DNA of 64,000 nucleotides from a virus, in IMG/VR virus record IMGVR_UViG_3300020452_000548, positions 16,545-80,544 of that record; one strand, written 5' to 3'. Position 1 is the first letter of the stretch, and every line of letters begins with the position of its first letter. The notes under the pieces are model-generated. The model worked only from the letters and a program-made list of their open reading frames with translations, was not told the origin of the DNA and did not search any database. Below, one piece after another: positions 49,528 to 57,779 of this stretch. The translations under genes and the position numbers were made by a program.

Positions 49528-49844
49528 ACTTTGCCCTCCAGCTCATCATCGGATAGTAATGCAATTTCCTTCAACATCTTACGGCTACGAAGCAAACCCA
49601 GTTTCTTGTTGGACTCAGCTCTTTCTGATTCGTAATGATTTAACCAAGCTTCAGCTTCTTTGAGGCGTGTATCAAGGTTGTTCAATCCCATCGCCTTCTC
49701 GATTCCAACAAGGTCTTGATACTCACTACTTCCAAGTAATGCCCCTCTTTCAGATCGCAGGTCATGTATGATTTCCAACCATGGCTTTGATAGTGTGCGA
49801 TAACGCCTTTCAATGTTATACGCCCTAATTCTTACATCGGTCAT
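49524..49844 (-). CDS. Hypothetical coiled-coil protein
   Basis: ATG about 30 nt downstream of the conserved promoter motif. Confidence 0.65.
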   Translation of the reverse strand: MTDVRIRAYNIERRYRTLSKPWLEIIHDLRSERGALLGSSEYQDLVGIEKAMGLNNLDTRLKEAEAWLNHYESERAESNKKLGLLRSRKMLKEIALLSDDELEGKV

Positions 49845-49870
49845 TGAAGCTACCCCATCAGTATATCATT

Positions 49871-49883
49871 CTTAACATCTCAC
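49871..49883 (-). promoter_or_regulatory. Conserved promoter-like motif GTGAGATGTTAAG
   Basis: Intergenic exact 13-mer; TTAAG about 30 nt upstream of the ATG at 49844. Confidence 0.75.
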
Positions 49884-49897
49884 GATGAATAGGCCAT

Positions 49898-50623
49898 TCA
49901 AGCCCAATCTTCCGAGAGGTTCATGTTATCACGGGTTTCTATTGAATCGCCCTTAGAATGACAGGCTAAGCATTGAGCTTCACCTACGAAGAAAGGTCTG
50001 ATACTAGAAGAACCACACCACCCACATCTTGTGCCGGGATAGAAACTGTATGTTTTCTGGTCGTATATCCCATCATCATATCTTGGCGGATAGTTATAAT
50101 CGCCCTCGTCTTGAACCAATTCCCAACCAGATTGATTTGCGACCTTCTTAATTTCCTCAGTCATTTCATGGTCAAAGGGCAATTCCATCAAACTCTTTTG
50201 CTCAACCAAATCAACAAAACCTAATTCACCATATTGATTGATGGCTACAAATAGATTAGGTGTATGCTTCTTGAATAAGACTGGTATCTCCACTTCGGGC
50301 AATACAGCTAATATTGAACCCGGAGTCCATGCCTTACCGACAGGAAATGTAGATTCGAGATAGAGCTTCAGCTCTTCAATAGTCCAATCAATAGCTTCCT
50401 GTGGTGCATGGCGTTCATTGACAAACTCCTTAGAATCAACATCTAAGAACCATGTATTCAAAGTGTGGCCTTTGACCGAGCTATACTCATAGATCGTCTT
50501 GATGTAAGGTGTAGGAAATCTATCTTCAACCATCATCTGCACATTCTGGTATGAAGGTCTGCCACTATTGAAGCGATAGAATCCAGCTTTTATTGGCGTG
50601 GGCAAACTATTCGGCCAGCTCAT
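49898..50623 (-). CDS. Hypothetical protein with a C-terminal Zn ribbon
   Basis: CGWC...CLAC; GAGGTGA ribosome-binding site. Confidence 0.65.
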   Translation of the reverse strand: MSWPNSLPTPIKAGFYRFNSGRPSYQNVQMMVEDRFPTPYIKTIYEYSSVKGHTLNTWFLDVDSKEFVNERHAPQEAIDWTIEELKLYLESTFPVGKAWTPGSILAVLPEVEIPVLFKKHTPNLFVAINQYGELGFVDLVEQKSLMELPFDHEMTEEIKKVANQSGWELVQDEGDYNYPPRYDDGIYDQKTYSFYPGTRCGWCGSSSIRPFFVGEAQCLACHSKGDSIETRDNMNLSEDWA

Positions 50624-50671
50624 TCTTTCACCTCTTTCTTCCAGTATATCTGCCCCTGATTGTAGAATATC

Positions 50672-50908
50672 TTAGGAATCTTCATTCTCGTCAGCCCTCC
50701 GTTGTAATACATCATTCAAAACGGTAATGGTATGAGTTACACCGCCATCACAAGTCCAAGTCTTTCTCCATAGATCTATACTGTACCTGCTCTTTGGATA
50801 GCCATACATAGGATTCATGTGTCTAATCTTGATAGGCATTCTATCTCCTATCTCGTAATCGTTAAGCTCACAACAATGCTTCTTTGCTTTGGGCTTACTA
50901 ATACTCAT
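50672..50908 (-). CDS. Hypothetical protein
   Basis: ATGA-coupled ORF in the operon. Confidence 0.55.
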   Translation of the reverse strand: MSISKPKAKKHCCELNDYEIGDRMPIKIRHMNPMYGYPKSRYSIDLWRKTWTCDGGVTHTITVLNDVLQRRADENEDS

Positions 50909-51165
50909 TCTGTCACCTCATCATGCTTAACATTCTCAGCTTCAGAATCCATGAATGCAATAGGCTTCACATCAATAATATCAAACACATAGCTTAACGC
51001 ACCCGTGCCTTCTAAAACCATCATCAGTCTTTCAACCCCGCAATTGATATTACCATCTATGTGTTCCTTGTCGGGTCTATTGCATGAGCATACAGATATG
51101 AATCCCTTAAAATTAAGATCGTCTGATGGCTCTTTGCTTTTGCGACCCTTCATTAAACGCTTCAT
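50905..51165 (-). CDS. Hypothetical protein
   Basis: ATGA-coupled ORF in the operon. Confidence 0.55.
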   Translation of the reverse strand: MKRLMKGRKSKEPSDDLNFKGFISVCSCNRPDKEHIDGNINCGVERLMMVLEGTGALSYVFDIIDVKPIAFMDSEAENVKHDEVTE

Positions 51166-51485
51166 ACCATGTCCTCCATCTGAGCTACAACCTGTGCCTG
51201 ATTACCCATTAGGTCAATCTCGGTGTTGTCGTTGATTTGAATTAGCCATCGAGTAGTAGTGCCTTGACCTGCCGGACACATGATTATCATCTTGTGAGGT
51301 GGCTGACCCAATACAACCCGTGCTTGATCCCATACACGATTAGATGTGCTTCTCTTGGGTCTTTTCGTATGCTCTATCTTTTTACCAAATGTGTGCATTT
51401 TCTTGGTTCTTTCATCACTCACTTTCATCACTCTCCTTCTGAATATCAAAATGCTCGGATCCGCCAGCTTTGACGGCCTCATCAA
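51162..51485 (-). CDS. Hypothetical protein (real start probably the internal MKVSDE)
   Basis: Operon-coupled ORF. Confidence 0.5.
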   Translation of the reverse strand: MMRPSKLADPSILIFRRRVMKVSDERTKKMHTFGKKIEHTKRPKRSTSNRVWDQARVVLGQPPHKMIIMCPAGQGTTTRWLIQINDNTEIDLMGNQAQVVAQMEDMV

Positions 51486-51636
51486 CCAAAGCCCAGTATA
51501 TTGCTGAGGCTTCGTTCTTTGCCGTTATTGCATCCCGGAGCTTAGCTTCAAGCTCTTCGACTTCATCTATTGCTACACCGAGCTTCAAATGTAACTTCTT
51601 GGCCTCATCGGACTTCACTATGACTGTCTGACTCAT
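51415..51636 (-). CDS. Small coiled-coil hypothetical protein
   Basis: ATGA-coupled; helical. Confidence 0.55.
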   Translation of the reverse strand: MSQTVIVKSDEAKKLHLKLGVAIDEVEELEAKLRDAITAKNEASAIYWALVDEAVKAGGSEHFDIQKESDESE

Positions 51637-51989
51637 TCCTCGCCATCTCCCTCAAAGAATGTGTATTCAGACTGTTCGTTCATCAAAAGCTGGAGATTCC
51701 TCTTTAGAGTCGGATGGATAGGTGTATGCTCATCCTCCAGTAGGATTAGAGCATCACCCAATAGAGGCACATTGGCGTTGATTAGAGCCATCAATGCTAC
51801 ATTCATAGGTAGCTGATGTATCCATCCCTCTTCATTAAGATAAATCAAACCGAAGCTTGAGGGGAATCTCTCAATTAGACCACCAACGGCCTTTTGCATA
51901 CTATCCAGTCTGCCTTCATCACCCTCAGCTGGAAGCAATACTTCTGAAATCTCACCATTTGCCTTTATGATGATTGCTTGCTCACTCAT
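51633..51989 (-). CDS. DUF3846-like protein
   Basis: LDSMQKAVGGLIE...YLNEEG...LPMN...LLGDALI pattern, recalled as DUF3846. Confidence 0.7.
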   Translation of the reverse strand: MSEQAIIIKANGEISEVLLPAEGDEGRLDSMQKAVGGLIERFPSSFGLIYLNEEGWIHQLPMNVALMALINANVPLLGDALILLEDEHTPIHPTLKRNLQLLMNEQSEYTFFEGDGEE

Positions 51990-52099
51990 GCTACCACCTT
52001 ATTGCACCAAAACTGACAATCTGCCTTCGGGCAAATCCACATAGGATCTTCATCGTTCATCTTAGAACCGCAATCAGGGCATATCTCAGACCAAATCAT
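51986..52099 (-). CDS. CPxCG Zn-finger microprotein (37 aa, not in ORF track)
   Basis: MIWSEICPDCGSKM...WICPKADC; ATGA overlaps at both ends. Confidence 0.7.
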   Translation of the reverse strand: MIWSEICPDCGSKMNDEDPMWICPKADCQFWCNKVVA

Positions 52100-52335
52100 G
52101 CTTCCACCTCTTTAGCTCGCTCGATTCTATCTTCGTAGTCCAAGACATACTTCACACGATTCAGCTTCTTCCTGATAGTTTCACGGCTCGCACCCATAGA
52201 TACTAGCTCTTGAACATCTGAGAGCATACTGAACGCCATGTCCTTTGTACCGCCCCTGCGAGGCTTGCTGAGCCATTCTTCTACGGCCTCGTCTATGACT
52301 GATACATCACAACCGAACATTCGCTCATAACTCAT
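52096..52335 (-). CDS. Hypothetical protein
   Basis: Coupled ORF with a GGTGA ribosome-binding site. Confidence 0.6.
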   Translation of the reverse strand: MSYERMFGCDVSVIDEAVEEWLSKPRRGGTKDMAFSMLSDVQELVSMGASRETIRKKLNRVKYVLDYEDRIERAKEVEA

Positions 52336-52721
52336 GCAATCACCTTCTCATCCTCTTCAATCGTCTGATTGATGTTATCTTGATTGACTACATAGTGAAG
52401 GATAGTGCCGAGAGCTGGTGGAAAACCATCATGCTTAGCATTCTCTTCGGGAGATCCGCAAATGTCGTTCCTATTAGGATACTGACTGAATATCTGTTGG
52501 TATCGTGCCTGTGCTGAATACTTAGCTATCCACCACTCATCACCCTCAGAAGGCAACAGACTGGTAGGTACATGGACTTCAACGCTGAATCCTCTATACT
52601 TGTAATGCCAAGTCCAATGCTCTCCTATCTCAGAAGATGTGTCCTTGTAGGACATTCCCTTGACCCACACAGGAGCTTCAACACGCACATCAGATGATCC
52701 TCTTAGAACAACCGTATTCAT
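52332..52721 (-). CDS. Hypothetical protein
   Basis: Coupled ORF with a GGTGA ribosome-binding site. Confidence 0.6.
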   Translation of the reverse strand: MNTVVLRGSSDVRVEAPVWVKGMSYKDTSSEIGEHWTWHYKYRGFSVEVHVPTSLLPSEGDEWWIAKYSAQARYQQIFSQYPNRNDICGSPEENAKHDGFPPALGTILHYVVNQDNINQTIEEDEKVIA

Positions 52722-53689
52722 GCACTCACCCCCATAGTGTAGCGTGTGCTACGAGGCCCACCATTGGTGGTCTTGACTACAACACCTGCATCCACTAAGG
52801 ACTCAAGCTCAGCGACCCATAGAGGCTCAGCAATTGATTCGCAGACCGCCTTTCTAATGTCGCCCTTAGTCATAGGCTCATCACCTATTACAGACTGGAG
52901 AAGGTTGGAAGCAGACACACCAACCGTGTTGTCTGCCCCCTCATCAACCATAGCTACAGGGCCGTTGCCCAGTTGATCTATGTCGGCTACCTGACCTGCT
53001 TGGGATGTTGCAGGGGTTGGTGCTACGGGTGAATTAGGGGTAGCCACGAAACCTGTGTTCCTTACAGGTATGCGTGGGATAACTGAATCATCTTGTTGCT
53101 CTATAACAAGGTCAATGTTGAATAGGGTTGAACCCTTTGCTTTTGATATGGTCTGCCTCTTGTGAGATGTAACCATGTCTGAAGTCAAGACGGCCATAGC
53201 AGGTGAGGGTAGCTTCTTTGCGTCTATCTTTTGGATGCTACCGTCATCGTTGTGAATAGTAGCGAAGTCAAGGCAATCGTTGATGAATCCTTGAACCTGC
53301 TCAGCGAATGTGGTGTCGCCACCATTACAGTCAATGATGAATTGATACAATGACTGAATCATCCAATCTTTGGGTAGCGAAGCCTGTGTAATCCTGTCGG
53401 ATAGGCCGAAGGGTGTGGATACAGCAGGTGCGTTGTCTTTGTCTTGCTTGACTGTGAGGACTTGATTGCCGATTGTAATGGATAACTCATCCATTGTTTC
53501 TGCAACAGACATAGGTTTCTTACGATTGTCTGAACGAGCATTTGAGTCAAGATACTGTCCGTGCTTACTCCATGCAAGCTCTTTTGCTATCTTGCCGACA
53601 TACTCTATGGTTGCAGCTTGTTCTATTGTTAGATTACCTAACTGTGCGTCTAATTTTTCTGTTATCTGTGTCTTACTCATAATCATCAT
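52718..53689 (-). CDS. Hypothetical protein with a C-terminal winged-HTH-like domain
   Basis: PMTKGDIRKA...LESLVDAGVVVKT...RSTRY; first gene after an intergenic promoter. Confidence 0.6.
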   Translation of the reverse strand: MMIMSKTQITEKLDAQLGNLTIEQAATIEYVGKIAKELAWSKHGQYLDSNARSDNRKKPMSVAETMDELSITIGNQVLTVKQDKDNAPAVSTPFGLSDRITQASLPKDWMIQSLYQFIIDCNGGDTTFAEQVQGFINDCLDFATIHNDDGSIQKIDAKKLPSPAMAVLTSDMVTSHKRQTISKAKGSTLFNIDLVIEQQDDSVIPRIPVRNTGFVATPNSPVAPTPATSQAGQVADIDQLGNGPVAMVDEGADNTVGVSASNLLQSVIGDEPMTKGDIRKAVCESIAEPLWVAELESLVDAGVVVKTTNGGPRSTRYTMGVSA

Positions 53690-53720
53690 ACTCCGCCACT
53701 CGTAGTGGTATAGTATGTGA

Positions 53721-53775
53721 GGGGGTGCAACACTATATGAAGTATTACTATGAAAAGAGGGTCTATCACTATATT
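53721..53775 (-). promoter_or_regulatory. Putative early promoter (ATATAGTG box followed by CCCCC)
   Basis: CACTATAT on the + strand at 53731 and 53767; a similar arrangement occurs at 60886-60920. Confidence 0.45.
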
Positions 53776-53788
53776 TCGTGGTTTTCAG

Positions 53789-53878
53789 CTATGGGCAATT
53801 AGGGCATCTAAACCTGCGATCATGTCGGTGCGAATCCACCTTACAACCACACCATCTACAAGCTTTATTATTTCTCAT
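53789..53878 (-). CDS. Zn-finger microprotein (29 aa, not in ORF track)
   Basis: MRNNKACRWCG...FRCPNCP. Confidence 0.45.
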   Translation of the reverse strand: MRNNKACRWCGCKVDSHRHDRRFRCPNCP

Positions 53879-53952
53879 GTCAATACACTCGACCACATAA
53901 TCTACACGATTTTTCCTTTCTAACTCGCAGGTGATGAATCATGCAAATCTTA

Positions 53953-54219
53953 TCACTCTTCTTCTCCTTCTGCAAAGGCAAGCCCCCATACTAACATCTC
54001 ATATTTTGAACCTAATGTGCCTGTTACCATTACTTTGTGATGCACTCTAAATCTAGGGTCTTTAGCCAATACATTAGTCATACTATTCATTGTAGAACCC
54101 TGCCGTGAAGCAGAATTGTAGTAATCCAATAATTGCCTTGATGTTTGAGGGCCATTGAGCTTGATATACTCAACCAGTTTATCTCTCAATCTTCTTGTTC
54201 TGTTTGCACGAATGCCCAC
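53953..54219 (-). CDS. Winged-HTH DNA-binding protein (DUF3860-like, euryarchaeal)
   Basis: GPQTSRQLLDYYN...GSTMNSMTNVLAKDPRF. Confidence 0.65.
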   Translation of the reverse strand: MGIRANRTRRLRDKLVEYIKLNGPQTSRQLLDYYNSASRQGSTMNSMTNVLAKDPRFRVHHKVMVTGTLGSKYEMLVWGLAFAEGEEE

Positions 54220-55824
54220 TTACATCATGCCCCCCGGCATACCGGGAGAATTGATGCCCATACTTAGAACATCGTCAATGCGAAGAATACTGATTGCAGC
54301 TTCGGTTGCAGATTTGATTGCATTTGATACAACCCTGCTTGGTTCAAGAACCTGTAGCTCAAGCATATCAGCAATACTCCCATCCATGCTGACACCAAAG
54401 ACTGGTGCAGATGATGTTGTTACTTGCTTTCTCAAATCAATCATAGCATCAACAGGATCAACACCTGCATTTTCAGATAATGTTCTAGGTATGTCCTCAA
54501 GAGCTGATGCAAACGAATCAATAGCCATCTGTTCACGACCACCCACACTATCAGCATGATTCTTCAATGAACGAGATAGATGTGCGTATGATGCACCGCC
54601 ACCCGCAAGATATTCTCCATCTTCGTAAGCTACAGATACCACACCAATACAATCCTCGAAAGCTCTCTCCAATTCCTCAGCAGTATGAGAGCTAACCCCT
54701 CTTAGAACGGCAGTAACAGGGCCTTTAGCGTCAGCAGACACATGAACACAATGATGCTCACCATACTGGAGAACCCGTGCTGAGCCTTCTCCTAAGTCCT
54801 CAACCTTAAGATCCTTCAATGAATTAACTAGATTAGCACCTGTTGTCTTTCTGACTAGCTCAAGGTCTGAAGGCGATACCCTCTCAACAGCTAAAATCCT
54901 CTCCCTTGATAGGAAGTGCTTAGCTAGGTCATCAATAGCTCCTTTGACTAATACAATAGAAGCACCAGATTTCTTGATTGTATCAACCATCTCTTTGAGA
55001 GCTTCTTCCTCTTTCTCTAAGAACGCTTGAAGAGAATCTGGGTCAGATATGGATAGCTGACTGTCTTGTTTCATTTCCTTTATCTCCATTTCAGAAGTTA
55101 AGCAAAGAACCGACCCTGCGATAGCTGGAGGCATCTGAGTATGTGCAGGGTCTTTCTCTATTAGACAACCCTCAAGTAGCTCAGAATCGCTAAATGAAGC
55201 ACCTGCAAAGGTTACTACCTTCACATCATCAAGATTGACTGATGTTTCATTTGCAGCCTTTCTAACGGCTTCAATAGCTAACTCAGCGACTAAATCAACC
55301 TCACTCTCAGCACTCTTACCAGTCAGCGAAGTCTTAGCTACAGGATCTAACATCAAGTCAATGTTAGTTTCATCGAAAGTACCTGCAAGATAATTCACCT
55401 GTTCTTTCAATTGGTCTAATGCTACCTTTGATGCTTCTCTAAAGCCCTTACAGATAGTAGTAGGGTGAATACCCTTGCTAATCAGAAGCTCAGCTTCTCT
55501 CAACAGACCACCTGCGATAATAACACTAGATGTTGTTCCATCGTATGCAGCTTCCTCTTGATTCTCAGCAACGCTAATCATCAGATTGCCCGCAGGGTGC
55601 TGACAGTCAATCTCTCTCAAGATAGTAGCACCATCATTTGTGATAATGACCTGCTTACCCTCTCCAGATACTAACATTTTGTCTGACCCAGAAGGGCCAA
55701 GTGTTGAACGAACAGCTTCAGCTACTGCCTTTGCTGCGGCAATATTGCTTCTTTGAGCTGACTTACCTGCGGTGCTTTCGATGTTGTTATTCAAGATGTA
55801 TATTGGTTGTTGATCCTGTGCCAT
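54220..55824 (-). CDS. ths: Group II chaperonin (thermosome subunit)
   Basis: [25 protein letters not shown], helical protrusion, GGGA, ILRIDD, C-terminal GMPGGMM. Confidence 0.97.
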   Translation of the reverse strand: MAQDQQPIYILNNNIESTAGKSAQRSNIAAAKAVAEAVRSTLGPSGSDKMLVSGEGKQVIITNDGATILREIDCQHPAGNLMISVAENQEEAAYDGTTSSVIIAGGLLREAELLISKGIHPTTICKGFREASKVALDQLKEQVNYLAGTFDETNIDLMLDPVAKTSLTGKSAESEVDLVAELAIEAVRKAANETSVNLDDVKVVTFAGASFSDSELLEGCLIEKDPAHTQMPPAIAGSVLCLTSEMEIKEMKQDSQLSISDPDSLQAFLEKEEEALKEMVDTIKKSGASIVLVKGAIDDLAKHFLSRERILAVERVSPSDLELVRKTTGANLVNSLKDLKVEDLGEGSARVLQYGEHHCVHVSADAKGPVTAVLRGVSSHTAEELERAFEDCIGVVSVAYEDGEYLAGGGASYAHLSRSLKNHADSVGGREQMAIDSFASALEDIPRTLSENAGVDPVDAMIDLRKQVTTSSAPVFGVSMDGSIADMLELQVLEPSRVVSNAIKSATEAAISILRIDDVLSMGINSPGMPGGMM

Positions 55825-55850
55825 ACCTTCGGTGGCGTGTTGGTCGCACT

Positions 55851-55863
55851 CTTAACATCTCAC
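55851..55863 (-). promoter_or_regulatory. Conserved promoter-like motif GTGAGATGTTAAG upstream of the thermosome gene
   Basis: Exact 13-mer; TTAAG about 30 nt upstream of the ATG at 55824. Confidence 0.75.
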
Positions 55864-55889
55864 TAACAACAGGGTTGTCAGCATTGATA

Positions 55890-56003
55890 TTAGCTACTTC
55901 GCCAAAACTTGCGAAGTGGCTTCCCACACCACTTACACCGCCCTTTATCATCAGCATATACTTCTTCATGCCAATCTGTTTTGTGGCAATTACAAAACTC
56001 CAT
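55890..56003 (-). CDS. Zn-finger microprotein (37 aa)
   Basis: MEFCNCH...RCKWCGKPL; GGAGG ribosome-binding site. Confidence 0.6.
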   Translation of the reverse strand: MEFCNCHKTDWHEEVYADDKGRCKWCGKPLRKFWRSS

Positions 56004-56127
56004 TTGTTTTCTTCCTCCTTTCTTCAGACATAATAGCACACCTTCGGCAGATATGACAATACTTTCTACCATTAGCAAACCCTTTCGAAACTCTCTTGCA
56101 CTTTGGGTCGGCACATACCCAAGTCAT
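55990..56127 (-). CDS. Zn-finger microprotein (45 aa, not in ORF track)
   Basis: MTWVCADPKC...YCHICRRC; ATGA overlap. Confidence 0.6.
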   Translation of the reverse strand: MTWVCADPKCKRVSKGFANGRKYCHICRRCAIMSEERRKKTNGVL

Positions 56128-56267
56128 TTTCCAGCTCTCCTTCTAAGATGCCTCAGCTCATTCTTCATCCATTGATTATAGCAATACTCACATAGACCAA
56201 GCTCACCCGATTTAGGTGTTTTCTCATCACCACATTTACCGCAAAACTGGTAGTGGTCATCACTCAT
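56124..56267 (-). CDS. Zn-finger microprotein (47 aa, not in ORF track)
   Basis: MSDDHYQFCGKCG...LCEYC; ATGA overlaps at both ends. Confidence 0.65.
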   Translation of the reverse strand: MSDDHYQFCGKCGDEKTPKSGELGLCEYCYNQWMKNELRHLRRRAGK

Positions 56268-56773
56268 TGGGATCCCTCAACACAACCCATCCACCAGTCT
56301 GGTGCAGGTGTGCCTTTCTCCCATCGGGCAAACTCCTTACTATGGTAATAATTTCGATATGCAACAACAACATCCTCATGCCTGTACTCATCGGGCATAC
56401 TTTGAGGGAATGGCGTAAGCTCTCCTTCTGGTATCAATGAATCCATCTTAGATAGATGGACTAAACCTGCTTGAGAGAAATGCACTTTACCATATCTCTT
56501 AGTGTATTCTTTAGCTAATGCAAGACCATGACGAATCAGCCACTGGTAGTTAGATCTCGTATCACCTGCATGGCGACTGTTCGGATGGTTGTGATAACCA
56601 CCTTTGAGGTAACTCCCTTTTTGGGTGCGAGGCATCATGACTGGTGTAGCACCATGCCTGATAACTGCTGAGCCACACATCTGCAAGCTCTCGACTACCA
56701 TTTTACTTTGGTGCTTGTCACATAGCATGGTTGCAGCTTCTTCTGGGTCTAATGATACAACAAAGGTATTCAT
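56264..56773 (-). CDS. Pyrimidine-dimer DNA glycosylase (DenV/Pyr_excise)-related protein
   Basis: MNTFV...P...A...CDKH..KMVVE..Q, HNHP, L..EY..RYGK.H, MPDEY, AYRNYY, PDW. Confidence 0.7.
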   Translation of the reverse strand: MNTFVVSLDPEEAATMLCDKHQSKMVVESLQMCGSAVIRHGATPVMMPRTQKGSYLKGGYHNHPNSRHAGDTRSNYQWLIRHGLALAKEYTKRYGKVHFSQAGLVHLSKMDSLIPEGELTPFPQSMPDEYRHEDVVVAYRNYYHSKEFARWEKGTPAPDWWMGCVEGSQ

Positions 56774-57336
56774 CGAACCACCTCACTTGCATCTCCATCA
56801 GGCCACTCACCAGAAGCACCTATCATCACTACTTCTTCATCAGTATAGACAGCTTCAGTATGTCTGCATGAAGCATCATTGTTAGGATTGTAGTTAGAAC
56901 AACCCATGAATGAACCCTTGCGACCCCACCTGCATCTAAGCATACCACCACTACATTTGGGGCATGGGTACTGAGCTTGCCATCTGTAATTCCAAGGTTC
57001 GTTGAGAACACGCTCGTATCTATCTAACACATTAGCTCTCCAACCTTTGACTCTATGCACACGCTTGAGTGCCTTCATCCAAGGATAACCTTCTGGATCA
57101 ACTAACACTACTCGAATAGCATCAGCACCTGCATCCCTACCTACGCCTTTGCGTGATATACTGGAATAGATGCGTATCTTGCATCCCGGTGCATAACCAC
57201 TATTCATCGGAAGCTCATACACTTCTTCACCACATACATGGCCTATTTCTTCATAGTCCAGTCGTCTAAACATTTGAGCATCTACTATGAAATCCTCAAA
57301 CTCATCTTTCGTTATTTCCACATACTTAGCCATCAA
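56770..57336 (-). CDS. Protein with a C-terminal topoisomerase-type C4 Zn ribbon
   Basis: CPKC...GRKGSFMGCSNY....C; N-terminal GADAIRV domain. Confidence 0.7.
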   Translation of the reverse strand: MMAKYVEITKDEFEDFIVDAQMFRRLDYEEIGHVCGEEVYELPMNSGYAPGCKIRIYSSISRKGVGRDAGADAIRVVLVDPEGYPWMKALKRVHRVKGWRANVLDRYERVLNEPWNYRWQAQYPCPKCSGGMLRCRWGRKGSFMGCSNYNPNNDASCRHTEAVYTDEEVVMIGASGEWPDGDASEVVR

Positions 57337-57389
57337 TCTCGCCTCTTACTATCATACTCATCATCTCTTCATCGTCATAACATTCTATT

Positions 57390-57402
57390 CTTAACATCTT
57401 AC
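57390..57402 (-). promoter_or_regulatory. Promoter-like motif variant GTAAGATGTTAAG
   Basis: One mismatch to the conserved 13-mer. Confidence 0.6.
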
Positions 57403-57648
57403 CCACTTCCTACCACATTGACCGCAAAAGCTGTCCTCTTTCATAGGACTACCATGCAACAATCTATCACAAGATCGGCAGACATGACTACCGTTCTCTC
57501 TAATGAGAATGTCATCGTGTCTGCATAGGTCAAACTGGTCACAGGAGCTACATCTCGGCTCAACATCTCCCCATGCTGAATCCTCATCATCTGCTACACC
57601 ATCTATGTCTAATGCAGCTTTGACCCATGCAGGTATCTCATCGCTCAA
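57391..57648 (-). CDS. Multi-Zn-finger protein
   Basis: CSSC...CRSC...CGQC. Confidence 0.6.
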   Translation of the reverse strand: MSDEIPAWVKAALDIDGVADDEDSAWGDVEPRCSSCDQFDLCRHDDILIRENGSHVCRSCDRLLHGSPMKEDSFCGQCGRKWVRC

Positions 57649-57650
57649 GC

Positions 57651-57779
57651 TCAGTCATCCCCCTTCTTTGTTGGATTACCAAACTTCCATTCAATATCTG
57701 GATCACAAAAGATGCAACAAGTCGCATCTCTCGGTCTATCATAGCGATTACCACACTCACATATTCTGAATACACCCAT
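57651..57779 (-). CDS. Zn-finger microprotein (42 aa, not in ORF track)
   Basis: MGVFRICECG...CCIFCDP; starts directly after the helicase stop, GGAGT ribosome-binding site. Confidence 0.55.
   Translation of the reverse strand: MGVFRICECGNRYDRPRDATCCIFCDPDIEWKFGNPTKKGDD

Noticed and set aside
53690-53952. tRNA or other RNA gene in this gap
   Set aside because: No cloverleaf or T-loop consensus seen. The gap holds a small Zn-finger ORF and promoter-like boxes.
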